Positions 27,402 through 35,298 of a stretch of 45,012 bases of DNA are shown here, piece after piece (the stretch's first letter is position 1; every line of letters begins with the position of its first letter). This DNA is from Tepidisphaeraceae bacterium. Its GTDB lineage: Bacteria > Planctomycetota > Phycisphaerae > Tepidisphaerales > Tepidisphaeraceae. The notes under the pieces were generated by a model. The model saw nothing but the letters and a program-made list of their open reading frames with translations. It was not told the DNA's origin and did no database searches. Position numbers and translations under genes: made by a program. The stretch is from assembly GCA_050018415.1 (NCBI GenBank), contig JBEKAB010000033.1, forward strand, positions 1-45,012, given 5' to 3'.

Positions 27402-29015
27402 ATGGAAACGGTGATCTTGCCCATGATTCTCGCTCAAGTCGCGGCAGAGCCATTTCACTTTCAACTGCATGATTGGATTCCCACGCTGCGCGACGCCATC
27501 CGCGGCGGGGCGATCGCGCTGGGCATCCTGGTCGCCGGGCTGCTCGTGTATGCCGCGCTGCGCAAGTACATCCTGCGAACGCGGCTGACCGCGGCGGTGC
27601 TGGTGATCATCGCCGCTTTGGCGATCTATTTTGGCATCGGCGGCGTTAAGCCACAGCGCATGCTGGATCGCCACGACTACGCCACGCTGTGGCTGACGCG
27701 GATTTTTGCCGCCGCGATCCTGTATTCCGCCCTGCGGGCCCTGGACCGCCTGCTGATCGTGCCGGTGCTGTCGCGCGGCGGAAAGGCCCCCGTCCAGCGA
27801 TTCATCCACCAGATCGTCAACATCGTTATCAGCGTCTTCGCCATCATGGTATTCGGCGCCCGAGTCTTCGGGTGGGACATCAACGCATTTTTGGCCGGCT
27901 CGGCCGTCATCTCCATCGTCCTGGGCCTGGCCCTGCAGGAGACCCTGGGCAATTTCTTCAGCGGGCTGGTCATGCAGGCCTCCAGCCCGTTTGCCATCGG
28001 CGATTGGATCATCTGCGGCGGCGTCGAGGGCAAAGTCGTGGACATGACCTGGCGGGCCGTCACCATCCACACGCCGGAAGACAACCACGTGATCATCCCC
28101 AACGGCACGATTGCCAAGGAACAGATCGTCAATTTCCACAAACCGGTGCCGGCGACGGCGCGGACGGTGTCCGTGGGCCTGGAAGGCGATTTGCCGCCCG
28201 GCGACGCCCTGGCCGTGCTCAAGGTCGCGGCCCTGGAAACCCCCGGCGTGGCCGCCAAGCCCGAACCGTTCGTCTTTCTCCAAGAGTTCGGCGACTCGGG
28301 CAACGTCTACCAGGTGAAATTCTGGATCACCGAGCCGGCCGCGCATCACAGGATCGAACATCACGTACGCACCAACATCTGGTACCGGCTGAAAGGAAAA
28401 GGATTCAAGATGCCCAACCCGACCTACCAGGTTGAGCACATCGCCCTGGCGAAAAAACAGCGGTTGCAATTCGAATCCGCCGCCAAGGTGCGCTACGAAG
28501 CGCTCAAGGACCTGTGGCTCTTTGCGCCTCTGTCGGATGAAGAAAAACACGCCCTGGCCGCCGGAGCCATCGATCTCTATCTGGCGCCGGGACAGGTGCT
28601 GTTCCATCAGAATGATCCGGGCGAGAGCCTGTACGTGATCCGCAAGGGCGAGGTGGAAATTTGGGCGCGTCACGGCGACGGCACCGGTGCCGGCCCGGAA
28701 ACCAAGGTGGCGACGCTGAAGGCGGGGGATTTCTTTGGCGAGATGTCGGCCCTGACCGGCCAACCGCGTACCGCCACCGTTCGCGCTGGAAGCGATCTGG
28801 CCTGCGTTCAAATCGGCAAGGAGGACTTGCAGGCGGTTTTCTCGGCCGACCCGGCGATCATGGAAAAGATCAGCCGAATCATCGCCGAGCGCAACGCCCA
28901 GCGACAGACGCTGACCCAGGAAGCGGCCTCGGCGGCGGCGCGCGAGCAGGACGTCAGCTCGCAGCAGAAATCCCTGCTGGGCCGGATGCTGCGCTTCTTC
29001 GGCCGCGGCGCGTAG
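27402..29015 (+). CDS. MscS-family mechanosensitive channel fused to a C-terminal cyclic-nucleotide-binding domain (bCNG-type)
   Basis: MscS pore/beta-domain signature (LQETLGNFFSGLVMQASSPFAIGDWI...IIPNGTIAKEQIVNF). CAP-family cNMP-binding domain (GDFFGEMSALTGQPRTATVRAG). Start taken at the first ATG (METVIL); the ORF track gives TTG at 27387. Confidence 0.85.
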   Translation: METVILPMILAQVAAEPFHFQLHDWIPTLRDAIRGGAIALGILVAGLLVYAALRKYILRTRLTAAVLVIIAALAIYFGIGGVKPQRMLDRHDYATLWLTRIFAAAILYSALRALDRLLIVPVLSRGGKAPVQRFIHQIVNIVISVFAIMVFGARVFGWDINAFLAGSAVISIVLGLALQETLGNFFSGLVMQASSPFAIGDWIICGGVEGKVVDMTWRAVTIHTPEDNHVIIPNGTIAKEQIVNFHKPVPATARTVSVGLEGDLPPGDALAVLKVAALETPGVAAKPEPFVFLQEFGDSGNVYQVKFWITEPAAHHRIEHHVRTNIWYRLKGKGFKMPNPTYQVEHIALAKKQRLQFESAAKVRYEALKDLWLFAPLSDEEKHALAAGAIDLYLAPGQVLFHQNDPGESLYVIRKGEVEIWARHGDGTGAGPETKVATLKAGDFFGEMSALTGQPRTATVRAGSDLACVQIGKEDLQAVFSADPAIMEKISRIIAERNAQRQTLTQEAASAAAREQDVSSQQKSLLGRMLRFFGRGA

Positions 29016-29943
29016 CCGTCGGCGCCTTTCGCCGGCCGCGGGGAACACGCTGGCGGCCGAAGGCGTCCGTCGGCGTCTGCACCCGCGATTCACGGTTTAA
29101 ATCAAACAATTCGCCCTCGCCCTGGCCGTTGCCGTTGCCCGACGCCTGCCGCAGCGCGTGCTCCAGCCGCTTGCGGGCGAATTTCACGTACTCTTGGCTC
29201 TGGTCGATGCCGATGTACCGGCGATTGAGCAGCGCCGCCGACACGCACGTCGTGCCGCTGCCGTTGAACGGGTCCAGCACGATGTCGCCGGGATTGCTGC
29301 TGGCCAGGATGATGCGGTCCAGCACGCCCAGCGGCATCTGGCACCCGTGCCATCCCTCACGCTCGCCGAAGGTCCCGCACACTCGGCTTACGTTCCACGT
29401 GTCCGACTCCGGCGTGAAAAATTCCTCCGGCGTCTCCTGTGGACGCAGGTACCACACGTCGTCCGGCAATTTCCCCTTGGGATTGGCCCGCACGTCCGCG
29501 TACGTCGTCTGCCGCGCGCTGGCCACGCGCACCGCATCGGCGTTAAACGTGAACTCCTTAGCGTCTTTCGTGAAATACAGAATGTGCGTGTGGCTCTTGG
29601 CGAATTTCATCTTCGTCTGCTGCCCGAACGTGTAATGCCAGATGATCCAATTGCGCAAGTTGAAACCGATCTTCCGCCGGGCGATCACGCACAAATCCGC
29701 GGCGTATTCATCACCGATCGCCAGATAGAACGAGCCGGTGGGCTTCAGCGCCCGGTGCACCGCCTGCATCCAATCGGTGCTGAACTGCAAGTAGTCCTCG
29801 CTATTGCGCGCGTCGTTGTAGCCATGATAGAGATAACCGATGTTGAACGGCGGATCGGCAAAAACCAGGTCCACCGATTCGGCGGGCGCGTTATTGAGCA
29901 ACTTGATGCAATCGCCTTGAACTATTTGATCCAGCTTGAGCAT
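28954..29943 (-). CDS. beta-class DNA amino-methyltransferase (N6-adenine or N4-cytosine; CcrM/M.HinfI-like), apparently orphan
   Basis: Motif IV near the N-terminus (IVQGDCIKLLNNAPAESVDLVFADPPFN) precedes motif I (VLDPFNGSGTTCVSA). This order, with a C-terminal basic tail, is as in CcrM. No restriction endonuclease candidate is adjacent. Confidence 0.85.
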   Translation of the reverse strand: MLKLDQIVQGDCIKLLNNAPAESVDLVFADPPFNIGYLYHGYNDARNSEDYLQFSTDWMQAVHRALKPTGSFYLAIGDEYAADLCVIARRKIGFNLRNWIIWHYTFGQQTKMKFAKSHTHILYFTKDAKEFTFNADAVRVASARQTTYADVRANPKGKLPDDVWYLRPQETPEEFFTPESDTWNVSRVCGTFGEREGWHGCQMPLGVLDRIILASSNPGDIVLDPFNGSGTTCVSAALLNRRYIGIDQSQEYVKFARKRLEHALRQASGNGNGQGEGELFDLNRESRVQTPTDAFGRQRVPRGRRKAPTATRRGRRSAASGPAGISAAS

Positions 29944-30052
29944 ATTCCCTCTATTGTACGGCCTGCCCCGCCGGGAACGAGGTACAAGGAGCTTTATCGA
30001 CAGGGCGGGCTGAGATGGCCAGGAACGGGGCAGGGTCTATAATCGGCTGATC

Positions 30053-31096
30053 GTGTCGGACAACCTTGATTCCTCCGTTTTGCGCCTCCTGGACGCCAAT
30101 GCCAACCGCGCCCGCGAGGCCCTGCGCGTCCTGGAAGATTACGCTCGCTTCGTGCTCGATTGGGCGCCAATGTGCCAGGACCTTAAGGCCCTGCGGCACG
30201 AGATGACCGAAATCCTGCGCCCCTGGCTGGCGGAGGCGATCCTGCATCGCGACACGCCCGGGGACGTGGGAACGGCGATCAAGACCGACGCCGAGCAGAC
30301 GCGCCAGGACCTGTCCGCCATCGTCACCGCCGCCGGCAAACGCCTCGGCGAGGCGCTGCGCAGCATCGAGGAAGCGCTCAAGACCGCAAACCCGGCCGAG
30401 AGCGCCAAAATCGAATCGATCCGCTACCGCTTCTACGAAATCGAGCGGCGGCTGGCCCTGACCCTGCGTCCTGCCGGGCTTTTTGCCGCGGTCCGGCTTT
30501 ATGTCTTGATCACGCAGTCCGCCTGCAAACGCCCCTGGCTTGCCACCGCCGAACTGGCCATCGACGGCGGAGCCGATTGCCTTCAGTTGCGCGAAAAAGA
30601 ATTGCCCGACGGCGAGCTGTTGGCACGGTCGCGCCAGCTCGCCGACTTATGCCGTCGCCACGGCGTGCTGTGCATCATCAATGATCGCCCGGACATCGCC
30701 CTATTGGCCGGGGCCGACGGGGTGCATCTGGGCCAGGAGGATTTGCCGCCGCCCCAGGCCCGGCGAATCGTCTCGGACCGCAAAATCATCGGCGTCACTA
30801 CCCACAATCTGGACCAAGCTCGCCAGGCCGTGCGGGACGGCGCCGATTACATCGCCGTGGGTCCCATCTTCAAAAGCCCCACCAAATCCCGCGATTTTCT
30901 GCCCGGCTTGGAGTATGCTGCCCAAGTCGCCCGGGAGATATCGATCCCCAAAGTCGCCATCGCCGGGATCGGCCCGGGCAACCTCCGGCAGGTTCTGGCG
31001 ACGGGCATCCGGGCCGTGGCGGTGACCGCGGCCGTCGCCGGCTACGATGACGTGGCAGGCGCCGCGAGAAAAATGAAGGAAATGTTGAAGACGTGA
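30053..31096 (+). CDS. thiE: thiamine-phosphate synthase (ThiE) with about 145-aa N-terminal extra domain
   Basis: The C-terminal 200 aa match TMP-PPase (IINDRPDIALLAGADGVHLGQEDL...IIGVTTHN...DYIAVGPIFKSPTK...AIAGIG). The N-terminal domain is unassigned. GTG start with TATAAT only 10 nt upstream. A TTG at 30083 is an alternative start. Confidence 0.78.
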   Translation: MSDNLDSSVLRLLDANANRAREALRVLEDYARFVLDWAPMCQDLKALRHEMTEILRPWLAEAILHRDTPGDVGTAIKTDAEQTRQDLSAIVTAAGKRLGEALRSIEEALKTANPAESAKIESIRYRFYEIERRLALTLRPAGLFAAVRLYVLITQSACKRPWLATAELAIDGGADCLQLREKELPDGELLARSRQLADLCRRHGVLCIINDRPDIALLAGADGVHLGQEDLPPPQARRIVSDRKIIGVTTHNLDQARQAVRDGADYIAVGPIFKSPTKSRDFLPGLEYAAQVAREISIPKVAIAGIGPGNLRQVLATGIRAVAVTAAVAGYDDVAGAARKMKEMLKT

Positions 31097-31111
31097 AACG
31101 AGAGGACACGG

Positions 31112-32779
31112 ATGTCCCGGCAGGCGATTCCCATTTCTGATCCGGAAGCCCGCCAACGGGAAAAACCCGCCTCCTTTGTCGCGCATGCCCGCCTGATTTC
31201 CGCGCTGACGCTCGTGAGCCGCATCCTGGGCATCGCCCGCGAAGGGGTGATGTCGGCGTATTTCGGAGCGGGCACGGTCGCCTCCGCCTTCGCGGTCGCG
31301 TTTAAGGTTCCCAATCTGTTTCGCAAACTGCTGGGAGAAGGCGCGATCTCCACCGCGTTCATTCCCCTGTACGTCGGCCAACTCAAATCGGGAAATGAGG
31401 CCCAGGCCAATCGTTTCGCCGCGGCGGCCGTCAATCTGCTGACGATGATCCTCGTGGCGCTGACGTTGATCGGCGAAGCCGCCCTGTGGGCCACCGCCCA
31501 CTGGGTCCACCTGCGCAGCGAGAACCTCCTGGCCGTGCGCTTGACCGCCGTGATGCTCCCCTACGTGCTGCTCATCTGCGGCACGGCGTTTTTGGGGGGC
31601 ATCCTGCAAGTCCACAAGCGTTTCGCCCTTCCGGCCCTGGCGCCGGTGCTGCTGAACGTCATCCACATCGCCGTGATCGTGATCGGGGCGTGGATCCTGA
31701 TGCTGGGCCGCAGCCACGGCGAGCAGCAGATCGCGCTGCAGACCCGTTTGGCGTACTGGCTGGCGGGCTTCGTGCTCCTGGCCGGGGTTGGACAGATCGC
31801 CATGCTCGTGCCGGCCTTGCGGGCGGTGGGCTTCCGCCCCATGTGGATCGGGCATTTCTGGACCCCCGCCGTGCGCCAAATGCTCAGGCTCTCCGTGCCG
31901 CTGGGGCTGGCGCTGGGCGTCCTGCAACTGTCGGTCGTGCTGGACACGGTCATCACCGTGTCGCTGACCCGCGGCAGCAATCCGCACGAGACCATACGCC
32001 TCTTCGGCCACGCGGTGGCCTACCCGCTGGCACTGGGGGCCGTGGCCCGCCTGAACTGGGCGCAGTTCCTTTACCAATTTCCGTTGGGCGTTTTTGCCAT
32101 CGCCCTGGCGACGGCGATCTTCCCAGGCCTCAGCGCCGACGCTCTGGATGCCAACCATGACAAATTCAACCGCGTTCTGCGTCAGGGGATTTTCATCACG
32201 CTCCTGGAGGGTCTGCCGGCCAGCATCGGGCTGATCCTGGTGCGCTACCCGGTATGCCGGCTGCTGCTGCAGCACGGACGATTCACCGCCCAGGACACGC
32301 AGTGGGTTGCCCTGTCCGTGGTGTTCTATTCCGCCGCCATTTGGGCATTCAGTCTCCAGCAGGTTATGAACCGTGCGTACTACGCCCTGCATGACATGAC
32401 CACGCCGCTGATGATGTCGGTGGTGACCATCGTGGTGAACACGGCGGTGGAGATACCGCTGTGTTTCACTCGGCTGGGCGAAGCCGGCATGGCCGTGGGC
32501 ACCATGGCCAGCTTTACGGTCCAGGCGGTGGTGATGCTGTACCTGCTGGACCGAAAAACCGGCGGCCTGGGCATCCCGAACATCGCCGCCAGCGCCGCCA
32601 AGATGCTCTTGGCCTGCGCCCTCATGACCGGCGCGTGCCTCTTGGTGCAGCGAGCGCCGTTCTACCCCCATGCCACCGGAACACTAGCCAGTGTCGAGCA
32701 ACTGGCCATTCTCATCAGCGTCGGCGCAGCGACCTACGCCGGAGTCTGCTGGAGAATGGGATTGGGAAGGGGGGAATAA
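31112..32779 (+). CDS. murJ: lipid II flippase MurJ (MviN)
   Basis: 555-aa protein with 14 TM helices. The N-terminal region (ALTLVSRILGIAREGVMSAYFGAG...FKVPNLFRKLLGEGAISTAFIPLY) is typical of MurJ. An AGAGGA Shine-Dalgarno site lies 5 nt upstream. Confidence 0.85.
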   Translation: MSRQAIPISDPEARQREKPASFVAHARLISALTLVSRILGIAREGVMSAYFGAGTVASAFAVAFKVPNLFRKLLGEGAISTAFIPLYVGQLKSGNEAQANRFAAAAVNLLTMILVALTLIGEAALWATAHWVHLRSENLLAVRLTAVMLPYVLLICGTAFLGGILQVHKRFALPALAPVLLNVIHIAVIVIGAWILMLGRSHGEQQIALQTRLAYWLAGFVLLAGVGQIAMLVPALRAVGFRPMWIGHFWTPAVRQMLRLSVPLGLALGVLQLSVVLDTVITVSLTRGSNPHETIRLFGHAVAYPLALGAVARLNWAQFLYQFPLGVFAIALATAIFPGLSADALDANHDKFNRVLRQGIFITLLEGLPASIGLILVRYPVCRLLLQHGRFTAQDTQWVALSVVFYSAAIWAFSLQQVMNRAYYALHDMTTPLMMSVVTIVVNTAVEIPLCFTRLGEAGMAVGTMASFTVQAVVMLYLLDRKTGGLGIPNIAASAAKMLLACALMTGACLLVQRAPFYPHATGTLASVEQLAILISVGAATYAGVCWRMGLGRGE

Positions 32780-32791
32780 TTTAAGAAGAGA

Positions 32792-32860
32792 CGGAGAGAC
32801 GAAGTGCGCGGGCCTCCCAGCACTTCGTCTCTCCGTTTCTTCGTCTCTGTGTCTCTTTCC
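32792..32860 (+). terminator. intrinsic terminator after murJ: 16-bp perfect stem, 12-nt loop, U-rich tail
   Basis: Stem cggagagacgaagtgc (32792-32807) pairs with gcacttcgtctctccg (32820-32835). Followed by tttcttcgtctctgtgtctctttcc. Confidence 0.7.
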
Positions 32861-33040
32861 CGTTTATGCGTTAGGTCATTGTGCTTCTGCCATTTGCGCC
32901 CGTTCTTAGCCGACAATTCAAAAACAATCACTTTGCGCCAGGGGCAGCAACGATACGCCAACCAATCTTAAAACTTGCCCGAGTCGACTTTGGCGGCATA
33001 CGAGGTCTAGGATTTGATCACACTTTTCTAGGAGGCGCAA

Positions 33041-33424
33041 ATGGCGACGGCTTTGGAAGTTGGAAAGAAACTCGTCGATCTTTGCAAGCAGGGGAAACAC
33101 CTCGAGGCGATCGAGTCGCTCTACTCCCCGAATATTGTCAGCATCGAAGTCCGTGGCAGTGAAAAAATCCCCGCGCGAATGCAGGGCCTGAACGCCGTCC
33201 TGGAAAAAGGCAAATGGTGGACCGAAAATCACACCGTTCACGGCGGCAACGTTCAGGGCCCCTATCCCCACGGCGATCGCTTCATCGTTCGCTTCGATTT
33301 TGATGTCACCCCGAAAACCGGGCCCATGGCCGGCAAACGATTTAAGATGGAGGAAGCCGGCCTCTACACCGTGCACGACGGGAAGATCACGCAGGAAGAA
33401 TTTTTCTATCACATGGGGCCGTGA
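33041..33424 (+). CDS. SnoaL-like / NTF2-superfamily small protein
   Basis: 127-aa protein with the cone-like alpha+beta pattern of ketosteroid-isomerase-like proteins. Strong Shine-Dalgarno site (ctAGGAGGcgcaa ATG). Local GC is visibly lower than in the flanks. Confidence 0.65.
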   Translation: MATALEVGKKLVDLCKQGKHLEAIESLYSPNIVSIEVRGSEKIPARMQGLNAVLEKGKWWTENHTVHGGNVQGPYPHGDRFIVRFDFDVTPKTGPMAGKRFKMEEAGLYTVHDGKITQEEFFYHMGP

Positions 33425-33508
33425 ACTCTTCGGTTTAGCTCAGCAGTAGACCGCAATGGAAGCTTCCGCTGGCCGGAAGGCGCACTTCGTCTCTCCGTCT
33501 CTCCGTAT

Positions 33509-33754
33509 CTACTGCATCAACTTCGCAATCCCCGCCAAGACCGCGGCGGCAAGGACCATGCAGACGAGGATGGTCACTAGCAGCGTCGCCGCTTCGCGCG
33601 GGACGCGGGACATGTCGCGACAACGGATCGACTTGTACACCACGGCCACCACCGCACACAGCGGCACCAGGAGCACCACCCACAGCCACGGGCGCACCCA
33701 AATCGGCAGGGGATCGAGAAACGGGCGGTAAGAAACGGGATCGGGAGGGATCAA
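33509..33754 (-). CDS. hypothetical small membrane protein (2 TM helices)
   Basis: 81-aa ORF, hydrophobic. Its start overlaps the stop of the upstream gene by 4 nt, suggesting an operon with 33751..34377. Confidence 0.4.
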   Translation of the reverse strand: MIPPDPVSYRPFLDPLPIWVRPWLWVVLLVPLCAVVAVVYKSIRCRDMSRVPREAATLLVTILVCMVLAAAVLAGIAKLMQ

Positions 33755-34377
33755 GTCTGCTCCGTCTGGCCGCGGAAGGCGGCATCAATGATCGCCAGAA
33801 GGTTCAGCATGCCGGCCACCGCGGTGTAGAGGGTGCCGATCTCCCACGAGCGGGCGTGGGAAGTCGTAGCGGCCGACTGCGGCGGGGTGCCGGAGGCCGC
33901 CGCCATCGGCTTGGCCTCGCGCACGGAGATGGCCGAGGCCACCAGCGCGATCGGGCCGCAGAGGATTTGGCCGACGAACCAGGGTTTGTCACTGATTTCG
34001 GCCAGCGGCTGATTCAGCAGGGCCGAACCCTGAGGCTGATCGCGCACGTCGGCGCGCGGGTCTTCCTGCTGCTGGGCGCTGGTTGGGTCAACCCGCAATT
34101 GCTCGAAGCGGCCGCCGCTCAGGGGTCGCGAGACCATTTGCGCCAGGTACCCATATTGCCCCCAGCCGGGCGGGTCCATCACCCGAATGCCGCCGACCAG
34201 AATCCCTAACACAAACAGGAAAACGATGCTCGCCCCGATGGTTATGCCGCGACTTTTGTGGCCCAGAGCCACGTAGCCGCCGCCGGGCACCAGCCACGCC
34301 ACCAGGACCACCAGAGCCGGCGAGGGCGGAGAGCCACGCCCTTGCCGTACGGTCATGCTGTCGCGCGGGATCGACAT
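33751..34377 (-). CDS. hypothetical membrane protein
   Basis: 208-aa ORF with N-terminal TM pair (ALVVLVAWLVPGGGYVALGH...IGASIVFLFVLGILVGG) and a C-terminal TM segment. High GC3. Confidence 0.45.
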   Translation of the reverse strand: MSIPRDSMTVRQGRGSPPSPALVVLVAWLVPGGGYVALGHKSRGITIGASIVFLFVLGILVGGIRVMDPPGWGQYGYLAQMVSRPLSGGRFEQLRVDPTSAQQQEDPRADVRDQPQGSALLNQPLAEISDKPWFVGQILCGPIALVASAISVREAKPMAAASGTPPQSAATTSHARSWEIGTLYTAVAGMLNLLAIIDAAFRGQTEQT

Positions 34378-34383
34378 AGAAAG

Positions 34384-34674
34384 CTACCGGCCTGTCAACG
34401 AGGGTTCCACGGCCGCGCGCCCTTGAATTTCCACCACGCTGAATTCGTCCAGGTTCAGGGTCACGATTTCGCCGTCATCCTTCACCAACGTCAGGCGATC
34501 CAGCCAGAGCCGATCGTTCTTGCTGTGGGCGAACCAACTGCCGGTGGGCTTCTGGCCATATTCCACGACCGTGCCGGATACTTCACCGGCCCACGCATAG
34601 TCGCGAGCCGCAATCTGCTGAACCACCTTCACACGCACGCCCGGCACCAACTGCTTGCGGACCGCTTCATCCAT
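34384..34674 (-). CDS. hypothetical small soluble protein
   Basis: 96-aa ORF with strong GC3 bias. First gene of an apparent three-gene operon: its stop lies 7 nt before the start of the next gene. Confidence 0.45.
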   Translation of the reverse strand: MDEAVRKQLVPGVRVKVVQQIAARDYAWAGEVSGTVVEYGQKPTGSWFAHSKNDRLWLDRLTLVKDDGEIVTLNLDEFSVVEIQGRAAVEPSLTGR

Positions 34675-34784
34675 AGGAGACCAGAAGGTATGTCAGGCGG
34701 TGGTTCGGGGCAAGGGGAAGGGTCGAAGGAAACGCGCGTCGCAAGCGACGCGGCTAAACTTGAAATCTGTGCTCGAAATTCGTG

Positions 34785-35294
34785 CTATTTGAGCTGCCGG
34801 AGAAGTTCATCATACAACTGACTCATCGCCTGGGGCACGACGCGCGTTTCGCCGACGACGCTCATGAAGTTCGTATCGCCGCCCCAGCGGGGCACGACGT
34901 GCTGGTGCACGTGCCCGGGCATGCCGGCGCCGGCCACGCGGCCCAGGTTGATCCCGATGTTGAACCCCTGCGCCGATACCGCGCGTTTGAGCAATTCAAT
35001 CGCGGCCGTCGTCTGTCGCGACAGGTCGAGCTGCTCGGCATCGCTGAGCTCTTGCAGCTCCGCCTTGTGGGCACGCGGGGCGATCAGCAGATGGCCGTTG
35101 GCGTACGGATAGCGGTTCATCACCACGACCGACAGATCGGTGCTCCACAACAGCAGCCGATCGCGCTTCTGGGCCGGATCGTTTGCCTCGGCGGCGGCGG
35201 CCGCCTCGCACAGAAAACATTGCGGCGAGTCGCCCTCGCCCAGCGAGCGCAGGTAATCCATCCGCCATGGAGCAAAAAGGGGAGGCGTTTGCAT
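34785..35294 (-). CDS. HIT-family (histidine triad) nucleotide hydrolase/transferase
   Basis: Histidine triad HVHQHVVPRW, and an upstream C..C-like region (CFLCEAAAAAE) reminiscent of Hint/Ap4A-type HIT proteins. It starts 4 nt after the parA-like stop. Confidence 0.8.
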   Translation of the reverse strand: MQTPPLFAPWRMDYLRSLGEGDSPQCFLCEAAAAAEANDPAQKRDRLLLWSTDLSVVVMNRYPYANGHLLIAPRAHKAELQELSDAEQLDLSRQTTAAIELLKRAVSAQGFNIGINLGRVAGAGMPGHVHQHVVPRWGGDTNFMSVVGETRVVPQAMSQLYDELLRQLK

Positions 35295-35298
35295 CGGA

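Noticed and set aside
29995-30052. Possible TPP riboswitch upstream of thiE (CTGAGA thi-box-like hexamer at 30012-30017)
   Set aside because: Only the hexamer is present. The intergenic region is 109 nt in total and also has to hold the divergent promoters. No P1-P5 architecture or pyrimidine-sensing helix is recognisable. The TATAAT 10 nt before the GTG suggests a near-leaderless transcript instead.
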